In this document: one piece after another, positions 30,773-40,200 of the stretch | How the letters are laid out: each line of letters starts with the position of its first letter | Numbering within the stretch: position 1 is the stretch's first letter | DNA from: an uncultured Clostridium sp. | GTDB lineage: Bacteria; Bacillota; Clostridia; TANB77; CAG-508 | Reading direction: 5' to 3' | Assembly: GCA_948442365.1 (NCBI GenBank) | Contig: CAOJRU010000004.1 | Location: 4,304 to 68,303, forward strand | DNA: 64,000 nucleotides | Position numbers and translations under genes: made by a program | The notes under the pieces: generated by a model | The model's input: the letters and a program-made list of their open reading frames with translations, nothing else | Told to the model about the DNA's origin: nothing | Database searches by the model: none

Positions 30773-31927
30773 TTATTTTAAGTTTTCTTCAAAAAAATTC
30801 TTAAATTGTTCACATTTCTTTTCCCATGTCCATTCTTTTATTTGTTCTAAATTTTCTTTTGATAATTCTTCTATCTGTGCTTTATTCGCTAACAACATAA
30901 TTAATTTATTTTTCAATTCTTCCTTCGTACGTTCTTTTAAAATAAATTCTTTTTGCTTCTCTCCAAAAGCGTCTCTTACAATTCCTACATCGGTAGAAAT
31001 AATGGGAACACCAGAGGCCATAGATTCTAGTACAGGATTTGGCGTTCCTTCATTTTTAGAAGCACAAATATAAACATCTATCGAATTATAATAATCTGGC
31101 ATTTTTTCATGTGGGATATACCCTTCTTTTCTATCTGCAAATTTTAATTCAATTGGATACCCCTCTTGTATTAATTCTTCTAAAGCTGGTTTGATAATTT
31201 TTCTGACTCCTTTTAAATCAGAATCTCCTTCTGAATCTGTAAACTCGCTATTTCCTACCCAGCCAATTTTAAGTTTTCGATTTTGTAAATTTTCTAATTG
31301 AAATCTCTCTAAATTTTTAGGTTTAAATTTTTCTGTATCAACACCATCACTAATCACTACCATCGGTTTTTTTTCTACCTCTAACGCATTATAAATATCT
31401 TTTAAAATCGTAGAAGATACGGTATAATTTTTAGCATATCTAGTAAAAGATTTCGTCGTTTCAAAATTTTCTTCATCTAAGAATTTATGATCGTAGACAG
31501 AAGTTGTAAAAGTCGCTTTGCTATAAAATTTGTCCATAAATTCTTCAAAGGTTAATCCCATATTATGAATATAGCCTCTTGCAAATTCATAGTCTAAACA
31601 GGATAATAGCCCTCTCCATAAGCAATGTACTAAATCATATCTTTCTGCTAATAAAACTAATTTTACTGTATTATCATCAAAAACAGATACTGGAAAAATG
31701 TCAATTTCAAAATCTTTGGCTAAATAAGTTTGAATTTGTTTTGCTATATTGCTAAAAGCCCAACCATCTATATCATAAACTATTGCTATTTTCTTTTTAC
31801 CTGTTTTCTTTTCTGGTATTTCATTGGTATAGGGGAACTTTTCTTCCATATCAAATAATAGTTTCATTTCTTCTTCAAAAGTTACATTTGTCATTTTATA
31901 GGTTAATGGATCTATTTGTTTCTTCAT
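30773..31927 (-). CDS. GT-B fold glycosyltransferase (GT1/GT4 family)
   Basis: C-terminal EGTPNPVLESMASGVPIISTDVG is a GT4-type motif. Confidence 0.7.
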   Translation of the reverse strand: MKKQIDPLTYKMTNVTFEEEMKLLFDMEEKFPYTNEIPEKKTGKKKIAIVYDIDGWAFSNIAKQIQTYLAKDFEIDIFPVSVFDDNTVKLVLLAERYDLVHCLWRGLLSCLDYEFARGYIHNMGLTFEEFMDKFYSKATFTTSVYDHKFLDEENFETTKSFTRYAKNYTVSSTILKDIYNALEVEKKPMVVISDGVDTEKFKPKNLERFQLENLQNRKLKIGWVGNSEFTDSEGDSDLKGVRKIIKPALEELIQEGYPIELKFADRKEGYIPHEKMPDYYNSIDVYICASKNEGTPNPVLESMASGVPIISTDVGIVRDAFGEKQKEFILKERTKEELKNKLIMLLANKAQIEELSKENLEQIKEWTWEKKCEQFKNFFEENLK

Positions 31928-32140
31928 TTACTTCTCCTTATTATCTTTTCTTTTTATTATCTTCCTAATTCTTCCTTTTAGTCTATACATAATGGTTCTT
32001 CTATATTTTTCTACTTCTTTTTTCATTTGTGCCTTTTCTCTACATACCATTCCAATGGTTCCTAATAAAATCTCGTTTTCCTTTTGTAAAATGTAATTTT
32101 TTAATTTTGCTCGTTCTAATTCTAGTTTTATATCTTCCAT
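31928..32140 (-). CDS. small coiled-coil hypothetical protein (70 aa), abutting the downstream GT gene
   Basis: ORF from the track, K/R/E-rich. Its stop abuts the GT1 start. Confidence 0.3.
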   Translation of the reverse strand: MEDIKLELERAKLKNYILQKENEILLGTIGMVCREKAQMKKEVEKYRRTIMYRLKGRIRKIIKRKDNKEK

Positions 32141-32214
32141 TTTTTTCTACTCTCCTATTTCTTTTTGTTTTGTATTATATCATACTTTTACCTCATGTCA
32201 ACCTTTCCCTTTTC

Positions 32215-32482
32215 TTTAAGTTTCAAGTTTTTTTGGTAAGATTAGCTCCCACCTCTTGGCATATAATATGGTTATTTTTCATAAATTCTTCGGTTCCCTT
32301 CATAATTCAAGGAATTCTAATATAATTTTACGGGTCCTTTCCAAGACAAGCTTGAACTCTTACCGTAAAATGATTAAGAATTCCTAATCTTACTCCAGTC
32401 ACATTCATCTTTTATTCAAAATAACCATATTATATGCCAAGAAGTAGAAGCTAATCTTGTGAGAAAAAAACCGAAACTTAAA
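32215..32482. repeat. structured intergenic element, family B copy 1 (about 268 bp; ~64-bp terminal inverted repeats; conserved ~110-nt core hairpin)
   Basis: Outer arms tttaagtttcaagtttttttggtaagattagctcccacctcttggcatataatatggttatttt (left arm) and aaaataaccatattatatgccaagaagtagaagctaatcttgtgagaaaaaaaccgaaacttaaa (right arm). The core aggaattctaatataattttacgg...ccgtaaaatgattaagaattcct is homologous to 47625..47829. Confidence 0.7.
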
Positions 32483-32484
32483 TT

Positions 32485-33969
32485 TTATTTTGCTAAGTAC
32501 TGGTAAAAAATAGAATTGGTATCTGCAATAAAATTATCGTAACATTCATTTCCTTCTTTTACAAATACAGAAGGAAGGCTATCACTTCTGGCTGAAAATT
32601 CCCTTTGTAATACTTTTGCTTCATGTTTAACAGTTCGAACCATTTCTGTAATTGGTGTAACAGCTCCTAGAGATAGTACAATAATAAGTGCTATTGATAT
32701 CTTTTTATTTGCCTTTTCGTTCTGTAATTCTTTCATAATTAATAACATAATATAAAAGGCTAATGGTATACAGGTTCGGTAAGCAAAATCATAACTATTT
32801 CCTAATAAAATAAATGGCATTATAAAAGTAATTCCAATCAATATATTTAAGATTACATCTTTACGATTCTGTTTATAAATAAAAATTAAATATAAGATAA
32901 ACTCAAAAAACAAATAACAAATATATTTTAAAATATTTTCACCATTTACTTCTAATATACTTATTTTTCCCACAGCAGTATTACTTTTCATAAACAGTCC
33001 TATAATTACAATTAGCAATAATGATACTATATTTTCAAACGTACATGCTTTTTTTATCCTATTCATCCATTTCCTTATGAGATTACTTTGTTCTTCTGTT
33101 TTTGGTTTTTTGCATACTAAATATACCATAACTGGTGCTAATGCTACCAATGGAAATGGCGAATATAACAATAACATAGCATAGATTAATCCAATCGACT
33201 TACTATTCTTTTGTTGTAACAATAACATCATTCCTACCCAAAAAGGTATAATTTGATTATATAACCAAAATAATAAGGTAGTATTAGAAGAAGAATTAAA
33301 ATAAGTTGTAGCTAGTTCAATATGTCTTCCTCCTATTATTTGAAGTAAGGATTCTTTGATTGGCAACTTTGAAAAAAGTAAAAATAAAAATATATCTAAT
33401 CCACTATAAAATATTAATATAATGATATTTGTTATCCTTATTTTTTTTAAATATTGACAAATCATTCCAAATGCAATGGTAATTCCTATAACAGCCCATA
33501 AAATTTGAAATAAGTAGCCAATTTGTAATCCTGCTATTTTCCCTACTATCGCAGATGGTAACCAAAATCCCAAATAATAACATAGAGCTTTTCCGTCTTG
33601 TATAACTGGCCAGTTTTTTCCCACTAGATCCATAAAAATAGCATTTCTAAATTTGTGATCCCATGTATTCTGCCAAACAAATCCTCCTATTCCTGCCAAA
33701 ATTACCCAAGCCGTTATCATTCCTAAAATGATGATGACTTTTTTATGATTTTCTAATAAATTTATTGTCATTTTGGGTGCATTTAAACTTGCCTTCCAAA
33801 CAGCTATTGCTAATAATATGGTTACTGGTATACTAATACTATATTTTACATTTCCTAATAAAAACATGGCAATTGAAATAAACAAATAAAAATAAGCTGC
33901 TAAATAAATCCATTTTTCTTTTATTAATTGTCTCAAATTTATATTTTTAAACTTCATAACTTCCTCCAC
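32485..33969 (-). CDS. polytopic membrane protein (494 aa), polysaccharide-locus associated
   Basis: At least 12 TM. Flanked by a 28-bp near-identical direct repeat (32462..32490 and 34022..34050). Confidence 0.5.
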   Translation of the reverse strand: MEEVMKFKNINLRQLIKEKWIYLAAYFYLFISIAMFLLGNVKYSISIPVTILLAIAVWKASLNAPKMTINLLENHKKVIIILGMITAWVILAGIGGFVWQNTWDHKFRNAIFMDLVGKNWPVIQDGKALCYYLGFWLPSAIVGKIAGLQIGYLFQILWAVIGITIAFGMICQYLKKIRITNIIILIFYSGLDIFLFLLFSKLPIKESLLQIIGGRHIELATTYFNSSSNTTLLFWLYNQIIPFWVGMMLLLQQKNSKSIGLIYAMLLLYSPFPLVALAPVMVYLVCKKPKTEEQSNLIRKWMNRIKKACTFENIVSLLLIVIIGLFMKSNTAVGKISILEVNGENILKYICYLFFEFILYLIFIYKQNRKDVILNILIGITFIMPFILLGNSYDFAYRTCIPLAFYIMLLIMKELQNEKANKKISIALIIVLSLGAVTPITEMVRTVKHEAKVLQREFSARSDSLPSVFVKEGNECYDNFIADTNSIFYQYLAK

Positions 33970-34112
33970 TTTTGTATTCTAACATTTATTTTTTTCGTTT
34001 TCAATACCATTTTTACTTTACAAGAAAAAAATCGAAACTTAAATTTTCATTTATTCTTGAAACTAATTTGCTGTTATGTTATCATAATAGCAAATTAGTA
34101 AGGAGATTATCT

Positions 34113-35768
34113 ATGGAATCACAAAAAACAAAGAAAAATTTAATGGTATGTAATCTATTTAAAAATTTATTATTCATTATTTCTGTTACGACTATGACCT
34201 TTTTATTAATCCATATTGAATCAGTTGAACAAAGAATTATTAGTGTTTCTTTGTCCTTTTTCGTAACTTGTTTTCTTACCTTCAAATTTCAAATACGAAA
34301 AAAGATATTTCAGAACTTCACTATAAAATATGCTATTATGGCTCTATTTTTAGCCTTAGCTACTAGCCTTGCTTTTGCCCAAATATTTTATACTTATCAT
34401 ATAGTAGTAGAACCTATGCGAACTTTCTTTTTAAATTCACCTATTCCCAATAATTTAATTATGTTTGGATTAGTTTTACTTTCTTTGTATGCTATTTATA
34501 GCTTTTACTACTATTTTATTAGTAGATTTTTACCAAAAGCCATTTTATTTAGTAAAACATTAGAAAAGCAAGAAAAATATCATTTAATTATTACTACCAT
34601 TGTTTTAGGATTGCTAATTCTTGTTATTTATTCCTATACTTCTGTATTTTATTTGCCAAAAATAAATGGAGAAGTACAAGCTTTTGATGTTATCTATTCT
34701 ACTGACACAGGCGGTCATGGCTTACTAAATGATTACATTGATATTACAGCTATTGAAAATGACATTAGGCAACCTCTTTTTGGAGTATTTTCTTTACCAT
34801 TTGCTATCCTGGCTTATGCTTTTGGTAACTTATTGAATCATTTTGATAATACTTATTTTATTTTAATTGCTATTATCCAAGTATTTTTGATGAATATTAT
34901 TAGCATCTTGTTAAGTCGATTATTGCAATTAGAAAAAAAAGAAAAAACGCTCTTTCTACTATTTTATACCATAACCTATCCTTTTCTTCTATTTGCTTTT
35001 AATTTAGAACAATATGTATTTGGTATGTTTTGGCTATTTTGCTTTTTATATTCCTGTTGGGATCATAAAAAAGGAGATAAATTTTGTTTTATTGCTGCCA
35101 CTGGCTCTTTATTAACCAATGGTATTCTCTTTCCTTTTCTAACAACAGGGAAAAAATTAAAACAATGGATAACAGATTTTGTTACTACTGGATTTGCTTT
35201 TCTAAGTGGATTGGTTATTTCTGGTCAAACTCCAGTTCTATTAAACCTTTTTTCTAGTGGTATCACACATGTGACTAAATATATGATAAGAGATGTTTCC
35301 TTTTTTCATGTGATTTGTCAATATAGTCATTTTGTAAAAAATTGTTTTATAGCACCTTTTCAAACGATAACAGAAGAAAGGCTAGGACACATTTCTTTTC
35401 AGTTAGCACCTGCTACTTCTTTAAGTGTAATTGGTACGATACTTTTCATTTTAGTAATTGTTGGTTTTATCTTAAATAGAAAAAATAAATTTGCTAAATT
35501 ATGCTTCTCTTGGATTGTGTTTTCTATGATTCTTCTTATTGGAATGAGATATGGAACAAGAGAAAATGGACTTATTTTATACTCTTTTTATTTTGGCTGG
35601 GCTTTTGTCAGTTTATTGTTTTTATTATTAAAGAAAGTATTAGATAAAAGACCAAAACTTTTACTTGTTATAGTAACCCTACTAATTGTATTCTTATTAA
35701 TTAGTAATCTAAAAGGATTGCAGGATTTAGTACAATTTGGATTACAACATTATGACCATATTATATAA
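34113..35768 (+). CDS. polytopic membrane protein (551 aa), candidate GT-C-type transferase
   Basis: Start chosen at the ATG at 34113 with AAGGAGA 8 nt upstream, where the track ORF starts at 33972. Many TMs. Loop DYIDITAIENDIRQP is acidic. It sits immediately upstream of the UbiA-like gene on the same strand. Confidence 0.45.
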   Translation: MESQKTKKNLMVCNLFKNLLFIISVTTMTFLLIHIESVEQRIISVSLSFFVTCFLTFKFQIRKKIFQNFTIKYAIMALFLALATSLAFAQIFYTYHIVVEPMRTFFLNSPIPNNLIMFGLVLLSLYAIYSFYYYFISRFLPKAILFSKTLEKQEKYHLIITTIVLGLLILVIYSYTSVFYLPKINGEVQAFDVIYSTDTGGHGLLNDYIDITAIENDIRQPLFGVFSLPFAILAYAFGNLLNHFDNTYFILIAIIQVFLMNIISILLSRLLQLEKKEKTLFLLFYTITYPFLLFAFNLEQYVFGMFWLFCFLYSCWDHKKGDKFCFIAATGSLLTNGILFPFLTTGKKLKQWITDFVTTGFAFLSGLVISGQTPVLLNLFSSGITHVTKYMIRDVSFFHVICQYSHFVKNCFIAPFQTITEERLGHISFQLAPATSLSVIGTILFILVIVGFILNRKNKFAKLCFSWIVFSMILLIGMRYGTRENGLILYSFYFGWAFVSLLFLLLKKVLDKRPKLLLVIVTLLIVFLLISNLKGLQDLVQFGLQHYDHII

Positions 35769-35781
35769 TTAGGAGATTAAA

Positions 35782-36669
35782 ATGGAAAAATTGAAGAACT
35801 ATTTAAAATTAATTAGAATAAAACACTATTTGAAGAACTTTTTAGTATTTGCCCCTTTGTTATTTAGTGGTAACTTTTTTAAAGTAGACTATTTATTAAA
35901 TACGCTATTAGCCTTTATTGCTTTTAGCTTTATTGCTTCTGTTGTTTATATTATTAATGATATTCGAGATGTTGAAAAAGATAAATTACATCCCATTAAA
36001 AAAAATCGCCCTATTGCCTCTGGTAAAGTATCAACAATTGAGGGAATTGTGCTAGCCATTATTTTATTGGTAATCGCTATCAGTATTAACTTATGGATAC
36101 ATGCCTCTTTTTTTGCTTTTATGCTATTATTGGCTTATCTATTTATGAATATTGCTTATAGTTTTGGACTTAAAAATATTCCTATCATTGATATTTTAAT
36201 ATTAAGTATTGGCTTTTTATTAAGGGTATTTTATGGCGCCACGACTTTAGAACTAAATGTTTCTAATTGGCTATATTTAACCATATTATCTATTTCTTTT
36301 TATTTAGGGCTAGGAAAAAGAAGAAATGAAATTGATAAAAGTAAGGATTCCAGAAAAGTATTAGCACAATATAATCGTAATTTTCTTGACAAAAATATGT
36401 ATATGTGTTTAGGCTTAACGATCATGTTTTATTCCCTTTGGTGCGTGGATCCTATTAATAGTTCCCGTTTTAGTGGCATTAATTATTTATTACTTACTGT
36501 ACCTATTGTTATGATAATTTGTATGAAATATAGTTTAGATATTGAAGGCGATTCTTTTGGGGACCCTGTTGATGTTGTATTTTCAGATAAGACTATTCTT
36601 GTTTTAGTTGCTATTTATGCTCTTTTTATCTTTTTACTGTTATATATATTCCCTATTTTTATTCATTAG
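35782..36669 (+). CDS. UbiA-family prenyltransferase, resembling polyprenyl-phosphate 5-phosphoribosyltransferase (DPPR-synthase-like)
   Basis: YIINDIRDVEKDKLHPIKKNRPIASGKVS has the NDxxDxxxD Asp-rich motif followed by HPxK...RPIASG. 8-9 TM. 295 aa. Confidence 0.6.
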   Translation: MEKLKNYLKLIRIKHYLKNFLVFAPLLFSGNFFKVDYLLNTLLAFIAFSFIASVVYIINDIRDVEKDKLHPIKKNRPIASGKVSTIEGIVLAIILLVIAISINLWIHASFFAFMLLLAYLFMNIAYSFGLKNIPIIDILILSIGFLLRVFYGATTLELNVSNWLYLTILSISFYLGLGKRRNEIDKSKDSRKVLAQYNRNFLDKNMYMCLGLTIMFYSLWCVDPINSSRFSGINYLLLTVPIVMIICMKYSLDIEGDSFGDPVDVVFSDKTILVLVAIYALFIFLLLYIFPIFIH

Positions 36670-36687
36670 ATGAAAGGATGATAAAAG

Positions 36688-37257
36688 ATGAATGTTTATG
36701 ATTTTGATAATACCATCTATTTAGGAGATAGTACCTTAGATTTTTACTTTTTCTGCCTCAAAAAGCAACCTTCTATTCTCCTTGCGATACCTATTCAATT
36801 TTATGGATTGATTGGTTATCGATTGCATACATTTTCTAAAACCGAAGGTAAAGAAAAATTTTATAGTTTTCTTCGTAAATTAAAAAATATAGACACTTTA
36901 TTAGAAGATTTTTGGAAGAAAAAAGAAAAAAATATAAAAAATTTTTATTTAACACAAAAACAAAAAAATGATGTTATTATTTCAGCTTCTCCTTATTTTC
37001 TATTAGAGCCTATTTGTAGAAAGTTAGAAATCCAGCATTTAATCGCTTCAAATGTAGATAAGGCTTCTGGAAAATATTTTGGATTAAATTGTTATGGAGA
37101 AGAAAAAGTCAAGCGTTTTCAACAAGAATTTTCTCTTTCTGCTATTGAAAATTTTTATTCAGATTCTTTGTCGGATGCTCCTCTTGCTCGTTATGCTAAA
37201 AAAGCCTTTTTAGTTCATAATAACACCATTATAGATTGGAAAGAAGATACCTTATAA
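36688..37257 (+). CDS. HAD-superfamily phosphatase
   Basis: N-terminal VYDFDNTIY (DxDxT motif I). 189 aa. 18 nt downstream of the UbiA-like gene. Confidence 0.6.
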   Translation: MNVYDFDNTIYLGDSTLDFYFFCLKKQPSILLAIPIQFYGLIGYRLHTFSKTEGKEKFYSFLRKLKNIDTLLEDFWKKKEKNIKNFYLTQKQKNDVIISASPYFLLEPICRKLEIQHLIASNVDKASGKYFGLNCYGEEKVKRFQQEFSLSAIENFYSDSLSDAPLARYAKKAFLVHNNTIIDWKEDTL

Positions 37258-37277
37258 TTTGGTATCTTCTTTCTCAT

Positions 37278-40200
37278 TTAATTATTTTTTTCTATCTGCT
37301 TTTCTTCTAGTTCCTCTTCTTCTATCTCCTCTTTTTCTTCTGGTTCTTCTTTTACTTCATCTTTTGGTTTTTCTATCAATTCTCCTTCTGTTTCTTCTTC
37401 CATCGTATCTGGTAATGAGTCTACTATTGGTAATTCTTCTTGCATTTCTGTTTCTTGTTTTACTTCATTTTTTTCTTCTGGCACTTCCATCATAAATGTT
37501 CTAGTAGTTACTGTTTCAAAAAGCATTTTGTTATTTCTTAATACTATTTTACTGTTTCCTTTGAACATTCCTACCATTTCATTTGGTTGCATATTTGCTT
37601 GTTGTGTCTTATTGGTCGAAGTATTATTATTGTTTGTTAATTTTACTTCAATGTAATATTCTTTGCTTGTATCTAAATCATATACTACTCTATCATAGTA
37701 GTAATTTAATCCACCTTCATGTACTACATGCATTCCCATACTATAACTTCCATCCGTTGCTTTTAATGTCATTTCTGGCAATCCATTTGGAATATTGGCT
37801 ACTCCATCTACCCATTCTGCTATTAAAATATTCCCATGTATATATTCTCTTCCTATTTCATTGAAATCAATATGCATTGTCTTTAAGTCTGTATTAATGT
37901 CTCCTTTGTATTTGCTTCCATCTTTCATCTTAATCTTATTGTCTTCTGCTACTAATTTAATGGCATTGTATTTTCCTATTTGTTTGTTTGGTAATTTAGC
38001 AATTTGTACCGTATTGGTTGAAATATTATTTCCATTTGTTAATTTTACTTCTATCACATATTCTTTGCTACTGTCTAAATTGTCCATTACTCTGTCATAG
38101 GTATAGCTTAATCCTCCATTATGTGCTAGATGCATTCCTGTCCAGAAACTTCCATCGGTTGCTTTAATAATCATTTCTGGTAATTTATTTGGTACATTCG
38201 CTACACCATTAATCCATTCTGCTATTAAAATTTCTCCATAAATGTAATTTCTTCCTACCTCATTTTGAGCTAAATCAATTGTTTTTAAATCTGTATTAAT
38301 ATCGCCTCTATATTCATTTCCTTTGAATACTATCTTATTGTTTTCTATGGTTAAGTTTTTGTCTTTGAACATACCTACATTTCTTGAAGCATTTAAGTTT
38401 GCTCTTTGTTGTTTGTTGGTTCCTATATTTTTATTTCCCGTCAATTTTACTTCTATATAGTATTCTTTTTTGATATCTAAATTATCAATTACTCTGTCAT
38501 AATAATAATTTAATCCGCCTACATGTGCTACATACATTCCCATACTATAACTTCCATCCGTTGCTTTTAATGTCATTTCTGGTAAGCCATTTGGTGTATT
38601 AGCCATTCCATCAACCCATTCTGCTATTAAAATATTTCCATGTAGATATTCTTTTCCTACTTCATTGATTCCTATATACATCGTTTGTAAATCAGTATTA
38701 ATATCCCCTTTATATAAGCTTCCGTCTATCATTTTTATTTTATTATTTTCTGCTATTAATTTTACTTGATCATATTTGCCAATTTCTTTATTTGGCAATT
38801 TAGCTATTTGTGCTTTGCTGTTTCCTTTATTATTGATACCTGCTAATTTTACTTCAATTTCATATTCTTTTGTTACATCTAAATTATCTACAACTCTGTC
38901 ATACGTATAACTTAGTCCTCCATTATGCACTAAATGAATTCCTGTCCAGAAGCTTCCATCCGTTGCTTTGATAATCATTTCTGGTAATCCTTCTGGAACA
39001 TTAGCTACTCCATTTATCCATTCTGCTATTAAAATTTCTCCATAAATATAATGTCTTCCTACTTCATTTTGAGCTAGATTAATTGTCTTTAAGTCTGTGT
39101 TAATGTTTCCTACATATACTGGTTTTATTTTATTATCTTCTAGTAATAGTGTTCTTCCTTTAAAAGTTCCAATTTCTTTATTTGGTAGTAATACGGTTTG
39201 TGTCTTTCTGTTTCCTATATTATCCTCTCCTGTTAAAGTTGCCTCTATATAATATTGTTTTGATAAATCGATTTCATCAATAAACACATCATAATAATAA
39301 TTTAATCCTTGTAAATGGCTAATATACATTGGAATATTTCTTGAGCCATCGGTTGCTTTTAGCACTAATTCTGGTAATGAATTTGGTACATAAGCAACAT
39401 TGTTTTTCCATTCTGCTACTAACATATTTCCACTAATATAATATCTTCCTTGTGCATTTTGGTTCAATTTTATTTCTTTTAAGTCAGTATTAATATCTCC
39501 TATATACCCTCCAGTAGAGAAATAAATTTTATTGTTTTTGGTTTTTATGGTAGTTCCTTTATATTCTCCTACTGTCATATTTGGCATATTTACGTTCTGT
39601 GTCTTATTGGTTGATATATTTTTATCTGTTGTCAATTTGGCTTCTAAATAATATTCTTTATTTGTATCTAAGGTATCTAATATTCTATAATAAGAATAAC
39701 TTAATCCTCCATTATGAGTTACATTGATTCCTTGCACAATACTTCTGTCCGTTGATTTAATTGTCATTTCTGGTATCGTTTTTGGTACACATGCTACCCC
39801 ATTCACCCATTCTGCTATTAAAACTTCTCCTGTTATATAACTTCTTCCATCTGCTTCTTTTCCGATTTGCATCGTTTTTAAATCTGTATTGATGTTTCCG
39901 TAATATTCAGGATTTGGCTCTTGTGAAAGTGTTGCTGGCATATTTTCATAAATTGGAATTACAAATTCAAAATCTCTATTTAATAATAATTTTGCTCTAT
40001 TATAGGCATCATACATTAAACTAGCCTCATTTTTAGCAGCCAATAAGTTTTGCATATATTGATGCCAATATAAACCACTATAACTATCATCCACATCAAA
40101 TTTTTGTAAATATAAGGTATTTTGTCCTACATTAAGATATTTGTCCTTAATAAAAGTTCCTCCGCCTGCAATGGATAATGATCTAGATGTCCAATTTTCT

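Noticed and set aside
31928-32140. Possibility that the 70-aa basic ORF is a regulator of the locus
   Set aside because: It is only a K/R/E-rich coiled coil with no HTH or other motif. It is kept as a low-confidence CDS only.
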